Source: Octopus sinensis (lineage: Eukaryota). From it: 64,000 bases of DNA. A program made the position numbers and the translations under genes. The first letter of the stretch is position 1; each line of letters begins with the position of its first letter. Location of the stretch: NCBI RefSeq assembly GCF_006345805.1, contig NC_042999.1, forward strand, positions 164,796,001 through 164,860,000, written 5' to 3'. Below the pieces are notes generated by a model that saw only the letters and a list, made by a program, of their open reading frames with translations, had not been told where the DNA came from and made no database searches. Below are positions 1 through 12,497 of the stretch, piece by piece.

Positions 1-99
1 TATGTGTGTATATGTGTGAGATGGTATGGGATAGAATTACATTCGTGTGTGTGTGTATAATATATATATATATATATATGAATTTGTTGGTGAAATCCA

Positions 100-990
100 G
101 GCCATGATTGACAACGATCCCTCCAAGTCAATCAGGTCTATTATATCTGAGGCAGGTAGTGCATAAAGACATTCTGTATTCCTCATACAAGATGAGAAAG
201 GGCCAATTTTTATTCCATGCCATCATGGTCAAGAGGAAAAACCGTACTATGAAGCTTTTGAACAAACTCAAACATCCCTTCCAACTGAACATGATTTGGT
301 TTTTCTTAGAAAAATTTCTGCCAGGATCAGATGGTGAACATACAGAACAACTGTTGGCTTGCTGTGTCCCCAAATCATGTACTGAGAGTTATAAGAATCA
401 ATCATCCAGTCAACATCATGGTATCTGGAGTGATCACTAGTGATGGTGATGTTATGCCTCCATTAATCTTCCCTGACGACCTCAGACTCAACACAGAAGC
501 CTACATCAAGTGCTTGGAGGAGGTAGTGCTGCCCTGGGTCAAGAGGGTGGCTGCTGGAAAATCCCCACCCAAATGTCTGGCAACAGGACTCTGCATTATA
601 CCACACAAGCAGGAGAACCCAGTCATGGCTGTCACAAAATTTCTGCGACTACATCACCCCTGGTCACCTAACTCCCCAGACTGAAAACCCCTTGATTATT
701 ATGTGTGGGGTGCAGTTGAGCGAGAGACCAACAAAACTCCTTGTAAAACCGAAGATGAACTGAAGGCAAGGATTATGGCAGCATTCACCAACTTAAACTC
801 GGAGGCTGTCCAGAAGAGTTGCAGGAGATTCTGGAGGCTGTGGTTGAAGCCAATGACAATTTTACTGAATAAATTTACTCTTTAGTATTTCAAGATATTT
901 TTATGTAATTTTAGTAAATATATCTGTGAAAATGTGATGTTAGTGTTATTTTCATTGTTGCATAATTTAAACAACAATTTATTCCCCACA
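100..990 (+). mobile_element. Tc1/mariner-superfamily transposase remnant (frameshifted, 5'-truncated)
   Basis: Pieces read IMVSGVITSDGDVMPPLIF..LNTEAYIKCLEEVVLPWV, WSPNSPD*KPLDYYVWGAVERETNK and ELKARIMAAF..VQKSCRRF. These match the W-P-SPDLNP-D-W catalytic-end motif of DDE/D transposases. Confidence 0.85.
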
Positions 991-996
991 CCCACA

Positions 997-1265
997 ATCA
1001 TCATCATCATTTAACGTCCATTGTCCATACTGGCACGGGTCGCATGGTTTGACAAGGGCTGGTAAGCTGGAAGGCTGCACCTGACTCCAGTCTGATTTGG
1101 CATGGTTTTCTACATCTGGATGCCCTTCCTAATGCCAAGCACTCCAGGAGTGTAATGGGTGCTTTTAGGTGCCACCGGCATGAGAGCCATTTGTGTCACA
1201 CCAATATCTACCATGACTGTGATATTGCTCAGCTTCATAGGTCTTCTCAAGCACAACATAATGCC
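997..1265 (-). mobile_element. SINE/LINE-tail fragment with (ATG)n tail
   Basis: Starts with catcatcatcatttaacgtcc followed by a body I recognise as a common octopus retroposon 3' end; many CpG sites have decayed. Confidence 0.55.
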
Positions 1266-1301
1266 AAGGCTCTCAGACATTGCCTCTGTGTATAGTGTAT
1301 G

Positions 1302-1337
<36 letters not shown>

Positions 1338-1358
1338 CACAATTACATACATACGTAC

Positions 1359-1412
<54 letters not shown>

Positions 1413-1580
1413 AAATTGAGATAGAGGTTGTAAATGCAACCCTCCATGGGATAACATATATCCATATACTGCTAGTGAAGTACCCAACAGAGTTAATACA
1501 TAAATGTTAAGGATTGCGATGCAATCAATTCATTTACTGTATTATATGGGCAAAGGTAAAATGATTTACCACAATTACTA

Positions 1581-2015
1581 ATACAAGATAAGAAAATGGA
1601 GAAATACATCTAAATCAAATATCAATTACCAGATAATACTCAATCACATACTTTATTAAACCACCACATAAGAGACTGTAGGGTTAAACATAAAAAAGCA
1701 GAACAAATCAGTGTACATAAAGGAATGTACATAAAAAAGTGTACATAAAAGAGTAATGTTGAATAATAAGTAGAATATATATAAAAAAGAGAATATAAAT
1801 ATAAGTATAGATTACATCTTACAGCTGTTTCGGCCATGTAGATAAGTATGTCTCATTTTACCAATATTAGCCTTTTTATGTACACTGATTTGTTCTGCTT
1901 TTTTATGTTTAACCCTACAGTCTCTTATGTGGTGGTTTAATAAAGTATGTGATTGAGTATTATCTGGTAATTGATATTTGATTTAGATGTATTTCTCCAT
2001 TTTCTTATCTTGTAT
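1581..2015. repeat. Perfect 141-bp inverted repeat (1581-1721 / 1875-2015), probably a Penelope-like inverted pseudo-LTR
   Basis: Direct comparison of the arms shows no mismatch. The spacer carries GAAACAGCTGTAAG on the minus strand, resembling the 3' half of a hammerhead. Confidence 0.85.
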
Positions 2016-2290
2016 ATATATATGTATATATAGCTACATACATACATATGCATCTATATATATATAAACATATAGTTATATACATACGTATGCATATATA
2101 TACATATACATAGCTACATATATATGCACATATATGTGTATATATGCACATATATACATATACATAGCTACATATATATGCATATATATATATATATATA
2201 TGCATATATATATATGCATATATGCATATATATTATATATATATGCATATATATATATATATATATGCATATATATATATATATATATGC

Positions 2291-2332
<42 letters not shown>

Positions 2333-3459
2333 GCATATATATATATATATGCATATATATATATATATGCATATATATATACATATGCATATATATATAT
2401 ATATGCATATATATATGCATATATATATATGCATATATATATATATATATGCATATATATATATATATATATGCATATATATATATGCATATATATATAT
2501 ATATATATATATGCATATATATATATGCATATATATATATATATATGCATATATATATATATGCATATATATATATACATATATGCATATATATATATAT
2601 ATATATGCATATATATATATATGCATATATATATATATATATATGCATATATATATATATATATTGCATATATATATATATATATATGCATATATATATA
2701 TATGCATGCATATATATATATATATATGCATATATATATATATATGCATATGCATATATATATATGCATATATATATATATATGCATATGCATATATATA
2801 TATATATGCATATATATATTATATATATGCATATATATATATATATGCATATATATATATATATATGCATATATATATATATGCATATATATATATATAT
2901 ATATGCATATATATATATGCATATATATATGCATATATATATATGCATATATATATATGCATATATATATAATATATGCATATATATGCATATATATATA
3001 TATATGCATATATATATATATATGCATATATATATATATATATATGCATATATATATGCATATATATGCATATATATATGCATATATATGCATATATATA
3101 TATGCATATATATATATGCATATTATATATATATATGCATATATATATGCATATATATATATATATGCATATATATATATATATATGCATATATATATGC
3201 ATATATATGCATATATATATGCATATATATGCATATATATATGCATATATATATATATATATATGCATATATATATATATGCATATATATATATATATGC
3301 ATATATAATATATATATGCATATATATATATATGCCATATATATATATATATGCATATATATATATATATATGCATATATATATTATATATATATGCATA
3401 TATATATATATATGCATATATATATATATATATGCATATATATATATATATATATATGC

Positions 3460-3514
<55 letters not shown>

Positions 3515-3582
3515 TATATATATATATATATATGCATATATATATATATGCATATATATATATATATATATGCATATATATA

Positions 3583-3617
<35 letters not shown>

Positions 3618-3640
3618 TACATGTGTGTGTGTGTATCAAT
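2016..3640. repeat. About 1.6 kb (TA)n microsatellite punctuated by ATGCAT
   Basis: Visible directly; it produces all the YI/MH/AY/CI pseudo-ORFs in the track. Confidence 0.98.
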
Positions 3641-3779
3641 GAATGAGGAAAGAACACTTGCCATTGATGTCGAAGAGAAGTGATGTGGAAGTGCTAAAAT
3701 GAGGAGCTGCTGAATGTGGAAAATGCAGAGGATGAAGAGGGATAACTCTAAAAAGGGTGAAGCCATTTAAGTCAACATG

Positions 3780-4039
3780 AACGTTGACAATTAAGTTATT
3801 AAGGACATGGAGAGAGAGAAAGCTGCAGGCATGTCAGGGATAGTTGTAAAGATTCTAAAAATATGTTGTGAGGTAGGAGGCTTGATCACCATCCTGATAG
3901 ATAATAAAGTTATGCAGGAAGATGTCATACACTACGACTGGCATTAACAGTAACATTGTAAACTGTTAGAAAGGCAAAGGAATTGCCTGAGAGAGAGAAG
4001 CAGCTGCAGAGGAATCAAACGACTGGATCAGGTTATGAC

Positions 4040-4075
<36 letters not shown>

Positions 4076-4330
4076 GTGATTGAGTAGACTGAAATGCAGT
4101 TTGGCTTTCTGCCCAGAAGAGGCATCACAGATGCAATCTTTCTCATGAGGCAATTGCAGGAGAAATACTTGGCTAAGAATAAACCACTATTCCTGGCTTT
4201 CATTGATTTGGAGAATGTATTTGACAGGGTACCATGCTGAGTAACTTGTTGGTCACTGAGGCAATTAGGTGTCAGCAAATACTTTGCAAGCGTTGAATGC
4301 ACTACGTGCAAAGGTGCAATAAGTAACGTG
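3780..4330 (+). mobile_element. RTE-clade LINE reverse transcriptase remnant
   Basis: 4091-4234 translates to EMQFGFLPRRGITDAIFLMRQLQEKYLAKNKPLFLAFIDLENVFDRVP (RT domains 2-3); interrupted by (GA)n. Confidence 0.9.
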
Positions 4331-4770
4331 TCACAGGTTAGTTATCTTCTGTTTAGAAGGCCACAGTTGAAATTTTTTAAGAATGGGCAGTGCTTTATTA
4401 GATGAGAATATTGGTTGTGTTTAAAGTGCAGCTAGCAGAGGAAGGGCAGAAAGGGATGCATGCATGTGAGTAGAAGTTTATATACACACATGCGTGCATA
4501 TATAGACATTTACATATATGTGCTAATACATATACACACCTACCTACACAATGATATAAATACACAACGTTAAATACATACATTCACATCTAAACCCAGT
4601 TATTTTTGAGGGATTATCGATTTGTGTAAAATACATCATAAGCTCTCTGTTTGTACACCAGGTTAACAATAGTTTTTAGATAACTAAAGAACTATATCTA
4701 CACTTGTGGCAAGGTTGAGGTTATAGTCATGGCAATACATATTTACATGTATATATATATATATATATAT

Positions 4771-4950
4771 AGTTAATCCAAACATGAAAACACAAAGAGA
4801 AAACACAACAACGCGAGGACGTGGAACAAATACAGTATTATTGGACGCTCAGGAAGGAAGGGAAGAAGGAGGGTTTAACTTTTTGAGCGGAGCTCTTCGT
4901 CAGAAACATGGGAGAAGGGAAGACAGAGGAAAAAAAATCGCCAACGGTAT
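4771..4950 (-). mobile_element. Solo copy of hammerhead-bearing repeat family 2 (Penelope-like tail)
   Basis: Homologous to 45565-45765 and 45905-46110. The minus strand at about 4874-4907 reads TTT CTGACGA A GAGC TCC GCTC AAAAA GTT AAA. Confidence 0.7.
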
Positions 4951-6036
4951 ATATATGTATATAAATGTGATACAACGCTCAAGGATACAATGTGTGGTCA
5001 GTTTTCGAACTCGTAATCTTACAATCATGAGCTTAATACCCTAACCACCAAGCCACATACTTTCACACACATCACATGTATATATTATTCTTAAAGAAGA
5101 ATGTTGTTGACAGTGTATCTAAATCATGCAAGTATGGAAAAATGGGCATTAAAAGATAACGATAATGATGATAAAGCCTGCTTGTTGTCAGCAAATGATA
5201 ACAGACTGAAACAGAGAAAACTTGGTAATTCCATAGAATGAGGATGTTTATTTATTCAGTATAAAATGGATATATGTTATTCACTACTGTTAGATTCTGT
5301 GGACGAATTACAAATCTTATTAATCCTAGCGATTAATATTTTTGAATTCAAAGATCTTTCAGATGTAATGCTATGTGTGACTATACATAAAACACCAACG
5401 CTGAATCATAAAGTGTCTTGTTATAAGCACAATATGACAATGTGAGGGAGGTAACAACCGGATTTTGCTTAAATGGTTAGCTCAATTGAGTAGCATAAAT
5501 TTACTAAGTATTATTAACAATATGCACATGATGGTATATTTTATCATTGCAAAATGCCAGTTTATGTATAGTCATAAATGGCATTGTGCCTGAAGTATCC
5601 TTGAATTCAGAAATATTAATCACTTGTGATTAATAGGATTTGTAATTTGAGTCAGTGAAACTGGGAGCAGGAAATAACACAGTACTGTTGTGTATAAATG
5701 CACACATACTTTTACACACTCATAGATGTATACACACATAGCTATGCATATCTAAATATATGTGCATGTACACAGACATACACATATGCATTTCACGTGC
5801 ATATATACACATACATATCACTTAAAAGCATCCATGGACCAGGAAATGATGTTAGACCTAGCAAAATGATGATCTACCACCACTCCAACCCACCTCAGAA
5901 AAGGAGAAAAAAAGATAAGGAATCTTTTTACCAATATATAACATGGCTACTTCAGGAAAATAGTAATTTAAAATCAATCATTTTACACACACACACATAC
6001 ATACATAGATATATATATATAAAATACACACTCACA

Positions 6037-6066
<30 letters not shown>

Positions 6067-6067
<1 letters not shown>

Positions 6068-7130
6068 GAGGTGGTACCAAAAAGTTCCTGGAATACTTTT
6101 GTTGCGCAACAACAGATGGCAGCACATGGTTGCATGTGCAGTGAGAGTGAGCAGTGACTGTCATGAGGCAGTGTGCTGAGTGACATTGCTGTGCTCACTT
6201 TGCAAGTGGTGAAATTTGCGTTTTTGTGATCATGTGTCTGCTGTAGTCTGTGATTTTGTCATGTGGACAGGAACAAAAAGCAATGTGAAATTTTTAGTTA
6301 AACTTGGGAAGTCTGCTACAGAGACATTGAGCATGTTTTGGCAAGCTTATAGGAAATGAGGCAATAGATCATATACAATGTTGCAAGTGACATGGGTACT
6401 TCAAAAATGGAAGATTGCCCCGGGAAGATCTGCCATGAGTGTTACCCCCAGAAATGTGGCATTGTGCATTGAGAATTCATCCCTCAGAGCCAGACCATCA
6501 ATTGAGAGTTCTCCTGTGACATTTTGCAGTGTTTGAGGGAGGACATTTGGTGAAAGCAACTGGGTCTGTGGAATGCAAAGAAATGGATTCTTCACATCGA
6601 CAATGGTCTCAGTCACTGAGCTCTCCTCACTTGGGAGTTTCTTGCCAAAAACGTAACATATTATCATTTCTGCACCCTCCCTATTCACCAGGTTTAGCAC
6701 CTGTTGACATTCATCTCTTCCCCAAGATGAAAACGTAGCTTAAACATCGCCATTTTAATACCATTGTTGAGATGCAGAGCAAATTGCAGAAGGTCCTCGA
6801 TTCGTTTACAGAAAATAACTTTCATGCTGGATTCCAAAAGTGGCAGGAACACTGGGATGGGTGAACTGCTGCACCAGGTGACTATTTTGAAGGTGATGAT
6901 GTTAAAACAGGTAATAATGGTAAATAAATTAATTTTTATTAAACTTAAATAGTCACTTAGCGGTTCGGCAAAAGAGACCGATAGAATAAGTACTGGGCTT
7001 ACAAAGAATAAGTCCTGGGGTCGATTTGCTCGACTAAAGGCGGTGCTCCAGCATGGCCGCAGTCAAATGACTGAAACAAGTAAAAGAGTAAAAGAGTAAG
7101 AGAGTCTGGGAACCTTTTGATACCACCTCA
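6067..7130 (+). mobile_element. mariner element with both TIRs and TA target duplication, degenerate transposase, SINE inserted near the right TIR
   Basis: TA|tgaggtggtaccaaaaagttcc ... ggaaccttttgataccacctca|TA; LHPPYSPGLAPVDIHLFPKMK matches the mariner YSPDLAP motif. A SINE 3' half lies at about 6951-7100. Confidence 0.9.
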
Positions 7131-7234
7131 TAGATAGACTGATAGATAGATAGATAGACAGATAGATAGACAAAGAGACAGATAGAGAAAGATAGCTCGA
7201 TTATATAGATATATACATATAAAACACACACACA

Positions 7235-7405
7235 TGATAGGCTTCTTTCAGTTCCCATCTACCAAATCCACTCACAAGGTTTTAGTCAGGTTGAGGCTAA
7301 AGTAGAAGATGCAAGGCACCACACAGTGGGACTGAACCCGGAACCATGTGGTTGGGAAGCAAACTTCTTACCATTGGAAAGTAAACTTCTTACCATACAG
7401 CCATG
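7235..7405 (-). mobile_element. tRNA-derived SINE family A, 5' half
   Basis: Matches the full copies at 19640-19990, 41208-41606 and 53944-54348. Confidence 0.8.
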
Positions 7406-7434
7406 CTTATGTCAAAGTCAAGTTGACTTGAAAC

Positions 7435-7575
7435 AGACCTGGAGTAGAGAGGGCATGTCATTGATGAGATTGTAAATGAGATGCAAGGACTTGCCACATA
7501 GTTTTAGCTGAATGGTTGATTAACCAAACAATTAATCAAAGTCGATTAGACAATTGGTTAGTTAATTAGTCAATT
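7435..7575 (+). mobile_element. Probable 3'-terminal LINE fragment (related copy at about 13060-13195)
   Basis: The two segments align loosely (agacctgg..gtca.ggatgagat...aaatga..atg.aaggact) and both end in GATT/AATT-like tails, as does the RTE 3' end near 56060-56120. Confidence 0.4.
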
Positions 7576-7711
7576 GTCACATAAAAATAAAGAGGTGAAA
7601 CCCCTTCGAGATACAGCAATATGTGTGTGTATATGAACATGCATACATACACACACAAATAGTTTACTTTTTTGTTAAGGTAAGATTAACAAAGATTATC
7701 TGCTGAGATAA

Positions 7712-8182
7712 ATATTGTTTAATGTACAAGTTATATAAGTATGAGCTATTAATAGTTTTATACATTGGAGAAATAATCTAGGCAAGTTTTAAAACATGCC
7801 TAGTGTCTCCAAGTAATCTTCAGGCTCTGGACACATAGCCTATATAAGTTACAAATCAGGAGAGTTGAACATGAGTAATCATGAAAGAAAAAGACAAGAT
7901 GAAGTTGGGTTCGAAAGGAGGAATGGTGATAAAAAAAGAAAAACAGAAAAAGAAAGGAAAAATAAAAGAAGGAACACCATTCCACCTTCTGAACCCAATT
8001 GCATCTTCTTGGGATTTCTCTTGTTCTATTGTCTGGATTTGTAACTTGTATAAGCTATGTGCCCAGCACCTGGAGATTACTTGGAGACACTAGGTGTGTT
8101 TTAAAATTTGCCCAGATGATTTCTTCAATGTATGAAACTATTAATAGCTCATAAGTAGATACTGAGTATATCTAAACAATAT
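7712..8182. repeat. Diverged foldback (long inverted repeat) element
   Basis: 7740-7862 is the reverse complement of 8031-8153 at roughly 80% identity by eye. An inner pair (aagatg..ttgggttc..ggaatggtg / caccattcc..gaacccaa..catctt) continues toward an A-rich loop. Confidence 0.8.
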
Positions 8183-9340
8183 ATCTATACATCTATAAAC
8201 GCAAGTTATCTCTTTGTGTCAAGTGCACGTCTACTCCCATTAACAAATTTTCGTGAAACTTTGCAAATGTGTTAAAGTAACATCCAGTTTGTTACTAGGC
8301 TCATTGAAGTTTAATAAAGATCTGTAATTGGAAGGCTAATGACCCTAGAAGGGGTCCACATCCATATATTTTCCTTTAATAGCCAAGGGAAATAACCCAT
8401 TCCTTTGATCACCCTAAACACTACCAAGCTCAAAGTTAATGGTCAAGGGATGGAAATTGACAACAGGTGGATCGTGCCCTACAACCATTGCTGTCTAAAA
8501 CATTGCAGGCCCATGTTAATGTTGAGTCATGCAACTCTATAAAGAGTATTAAATATGTATGTAAATGTATCAATAAGGACTCAGATATGGTGGTTTTGGG
8601 ACTTGAACAGGAGGGCAGGCAGGCAGATGAAATTCAGCATTATAAGTTCAGCAGGTATATTTCCTCTAATGAGGCATCCTAGGCTTCGAAATCCACAAGC
8701 AACATCCAACAGTGGTGCGTCTACCTGTACATCTTGAAAATGGCTAACATGTATATTTTACAAAAGACAATGTTCAAAACGTTATTCGGAAGCCACCAGA
8801 AACCACTTTGACAGCTTTCTTCAAATTATGCCAATGTGATCTGTTTGCCAAAGACAATCTGTTTGCTTGCGTGAACCTCTCAAGCTTTGGGTGACCCACA
8901 AAACCAGCATGGCAGAGGACATCCTACAAAGGATTCAAAGGCAAACCTCAGCAGAAATGCCTTTCCAGTACAAACACCTGCAATTCTCGTTGAAACTGAG
9001 CTTTGCAATGAGTATTAAGAAGGCCCAGTCTTTGGATGTGGAACCAGTTTTCTCCCATGGCCAACTTTATGTGGGATGCTCAAGAGTTGGCAATACTAAT
9101 CATTTGTTTGTTTATGCCCCACAAGGAAAGATCATAAATGTTGTTTATCAAGAAGTCCTGCAAACTTAATAAGATTCACGAAATCATCAGGTATTCATTA
9201 TTTAACTGTAATATTTGTTTTGTAAATGTATTTATAATCTACATGTTATTTTATTTTCAAATTTATATGTATTTGTATGTCTACTATAAAGCCAAATGTC
9301 AGTCTGTTTCTACATTTGTTGTAAATCTATTTCAACACTA
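8183..9340 (+). mobile_element. Internally deleted Helitron (Rep C-terminal part joined to PIF1-helicase C-terminus)
   Basis: LSKTLQAHVNVESCNSIKSIKYVCKCINKDSDM..YISSNEA is a Helitron Rep-adjacent motif; QFSLKLSFAMSIKKAQSLDVEPVFSHGQLYVGCSRV matches PIF1 motifs V-VI. Confidence 0.9.
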
Positions 9341-10024
9341 GCATCCCTAAGTGTTATATACTCTTGGAATGCACAAAAGCCCTTTTCAGAGTTATTTACT
9401 TTGAATTGTTATTATCTCATATCCGATTAACCTGTTATTACATAACATGCTTCATGATTTTCGTACACATACCTTATTGGTATTTCCTCTTAAGTTCTAT
9501 ATACTTTGGGAATGCATTGAAGCCCTTTTCAGGACTACTTTATTTGAAGTCTTACTATCGGGGAACTAATTTCATGTTATTACATAACTGACTTCACAAT
9601 TTGGGTATTCATAACTTATTGGGAATTCCAAAAAGCAAGATCCTTTGTAAGACAGTTTGGTATTCTCTGTAAATGCACAAAAACCGTTTTAAGGGCTACA
9701 TACTTTGTATTGTTGTTATTGGATTAGTGAAACAATTATAAGAATGGAACCAAGGGACAAGCCCCACTTTTCCGGGAATTACCGGGTACGTCATCTAGTA
9801 TGTATATATATATATATCAAAGAGATGTGTTATAATACTATTCCACAGCCATACCAACAATCCAATATATATATATATAAATATATATCATCGTTCAGCA
9901 GCTGCCCTGTCTGCTGTCATGGGTTGATATGCACACAAATGTCCACTTCCTAAATAGCAGTAGTGACCTGTATTTTCTTACTATTTTAAAACATCATATT
10001 TTGCTAGATTTACTTAATAAAATG

Positions 10025-10260
10025 GATTCTAAGCTTTGCTTCCACATTTGGAATTTCTCTTATTCTTCTAGAAATTCAGCTATGGAAACTATGTCATCAG
10101 CTTACAGATGTTCCCATGGGCAGCCAGTCTTAACCTCCTGTTGTGGTTTGGAGAGCTTTGATAAACAACAAAGAGCTAAAAACTACGTCATGATGGATAT
10201 ATACATACCTCCATGCTAAATTCCTCAATGAAATTGTTGCAGGCTCTCAACCTTTTGTGA
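10025..10260 (-). mobile_element. RTE LINE RT remnant
   Basis: The minus strand reads PWEHL*ADDIVSIAEFLEE*EKFQMWKQSLES, a degenerate (Y/F)ADD region. Confidence 0.75.
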
Positions 10261-10980
10261 GTATATGCATACATGGCTCTCACAAACAAATTATTTAGAC
10301 CCAGTTTTCTTGTCACCAGACTATAAACCATAGTATCCTGTTAAAAAACACAACTTGTAGGTCAACAAATGCAAAGTACAGAGGTTGGCTCTTCACTAAG
10401 AACTTCTATAGTTGTCTTACAAGAAACAGGGCATCAATGACATCTCATCTTGGCATGATGCCTCTACAGTTGCTGGAGATTAACTTTGTGACAGACAAGC
10501 ATTCCATCCAGGAGGGAGTCTAGTGCACTCAGTCATTTCAATGCTTCATAAAATGCAATGAGCTCTGGTTGGTATTTCTATTATATACATACATATATAT
10601 AATGACTCTTTAGTCTTGTGAGAAACAAAGCAAACTAACTAGTACTGCTACAAAGTAGAGACATCATAGAGTTGAGATAATCCTTAGATGCTCTTGATTA
10701 CGTGATGATAATCTCTCTTGTGTTGGAACCATGATGAAATACACCCAGTATATGTTGTAAACTGTGGGTGTTAAGGAGAGCATTCAGCAATACAAAACAT
10801 GTCAGAATGTATTGTACAAGTGAGATCAGGTTCTCCAGCCCATCTAAGAAGTCAGAGACTCTCAATCAGAAGTGATTCAGGCCATAATGACTGATACAGC
10901 TCATGGCAGCATTGAAAGCAAATGTAAAATGACAATGATCATGGTGATGATGATGATGAAGACAATGGTATATATATATA

Positions 10981-11790
10981 GGTGCAGGTGTGGCTGTGTG
11001 GTAAGATCCTTGCTTCCCAACCACATGGTTGTGGGTTCAGACCCACTCAGTGGCACCTTGGGCAAGTGTCTTCTACTGTAGCCTTGGGCTGACGAAAGCC
11101 TTGTGAATGGATTTGATAGACGGAAACTGAAAAACTGTCATATATATGCGTGTGTGTGTGTGCACGTGTATGTATGTGTGTCTCCCCACCATCAGATGGC
11201 AACTGATGGTGGTGTGTTTATGTCCACATAACTTAGCAGTTCGGCAAAAGAGATCAATAGAATAAGTACTATAAAGAATAAGTCCTGAGGTCAATTTCTT
11301 CAACTAAACTCTTTAAGGTGGTGCTCAATGATGGCCACAGTCAAATGATTGAAACAAGCAAAAGAATAAAAGTGTGTGTGTATATATATATATATATATT
11401 TGTATATAGGGAGAAAGAGAGAGAGGCACAGGCACAGCTGTGTGGTTAAGAAGCTTGCTTCCCAATCATGTGGTCTAGGGTTCAGTTCTATTGTGCAGCA
11501 TCTTGGGCAAGTATCTTCTATTATAGAGCTGTGTCTTCCTAAGCTTTACAAGTGGATTTGGTTGACAGAAACTGAAAGAAGCCTGTTGTTTTCTCCCACT
11601 ATTGCTTGACAATAGGTGTCGGTTTGTTTGCATCTCCATAACTTAGTAGTTTGGTAAAAAAAAAAAAAAAAAACTGACAGAATACCTATCAGGCTTAAAA
11701 AAAGTACTAGGGTGAATTTGTTTGACCAAACCTTTCAAAGAAGTGCCCCAGTATGGGCCGCAGTCCAATGTATAAAAAATAAACGATAAA
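10981..11790 (+). mobile_element. Two tandem SINE family A copies (10981-11372, 11430-11790), CpG-decayed
   Basis: Heads read gtggctgtgtggt.ag..gcttgcttcccaa; internal (TG)/(TA) tract; conserved 3' end. Many CpG>TpG/CpA changes relative to copies beyond 15 kb. Confidence 0.85.
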
Positions 11791-12152
11791 TAAAAATCTT
11801 ACTGTTTCCCCTATATCATCCAATGTTATGAAAGATACATGAAACTATGTTAAAAAGAAAACAGGGAAAGATCCTTTATAGAAAATACAAGATGGGTAGC
11901 AATGACGCTACTGCCACTACCAGTATTGAGATATAAAGCCCTGTCACCATCACAATATAAAGACATATGTATTCACATGTGTGTGTATGTGTATGTACAT
12001 TCTGTGCATGTGGATGGATGCCAGTATGTTTGTGTATCTGGTTGATATCAATGTGTCAATCAGATGAGGTAGACCACGTCATAAACTGTTCCCCCACTCA
12101 CAATACCTGTCTCTGTGCCTATTTTGGGATTATATATATATATATATATATA

Positions 12153-12497
12153 CTAGTACTATGACCCGGCAATGCCGGATCATAGTGCTAGTGCATGCAC
12201 ATACAGCTGCGTGCGTGTGCACATACACGCAAGTACTGTCCAAATCTCCGACCAATCACATACAGCTAGCTGACATTCAATTGGCATATCAAGTTTCAGG
12301 CATTTTGATTGGGATTCACAAAAAACTCACTTCTATTGATTTTTTAATGGCTTTGCAGGGTGACTGGGGAAATGTAAAGATGTGCACGACCACCCTTGGA
12401 TAGTTTTGAATGACCATAGAAAGTGCGAGCCCTCTAACTGAAAAATTGTGGATTTGTATAAAGGACACACACAGACATTTTGCCGTTTATATATATA
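12153..12497 (-). mobile_element. Non-autonomous Helitron with long terminal palindrome
   Basis: CTAG 3' end at 12153 lies within the palindrome ctagtactatgacccggc-aat-gccggatcatagtgctag; a TA-rich 5' end lies near 12497. Confidence 0.75.

Noticed and set aside
2005-3766. Long ORFs up to 502 aa (YI/MH repeats)
   Set aside because: Translations of the (TA)n/ATGCAT microsatellite, which lacks stop codons.
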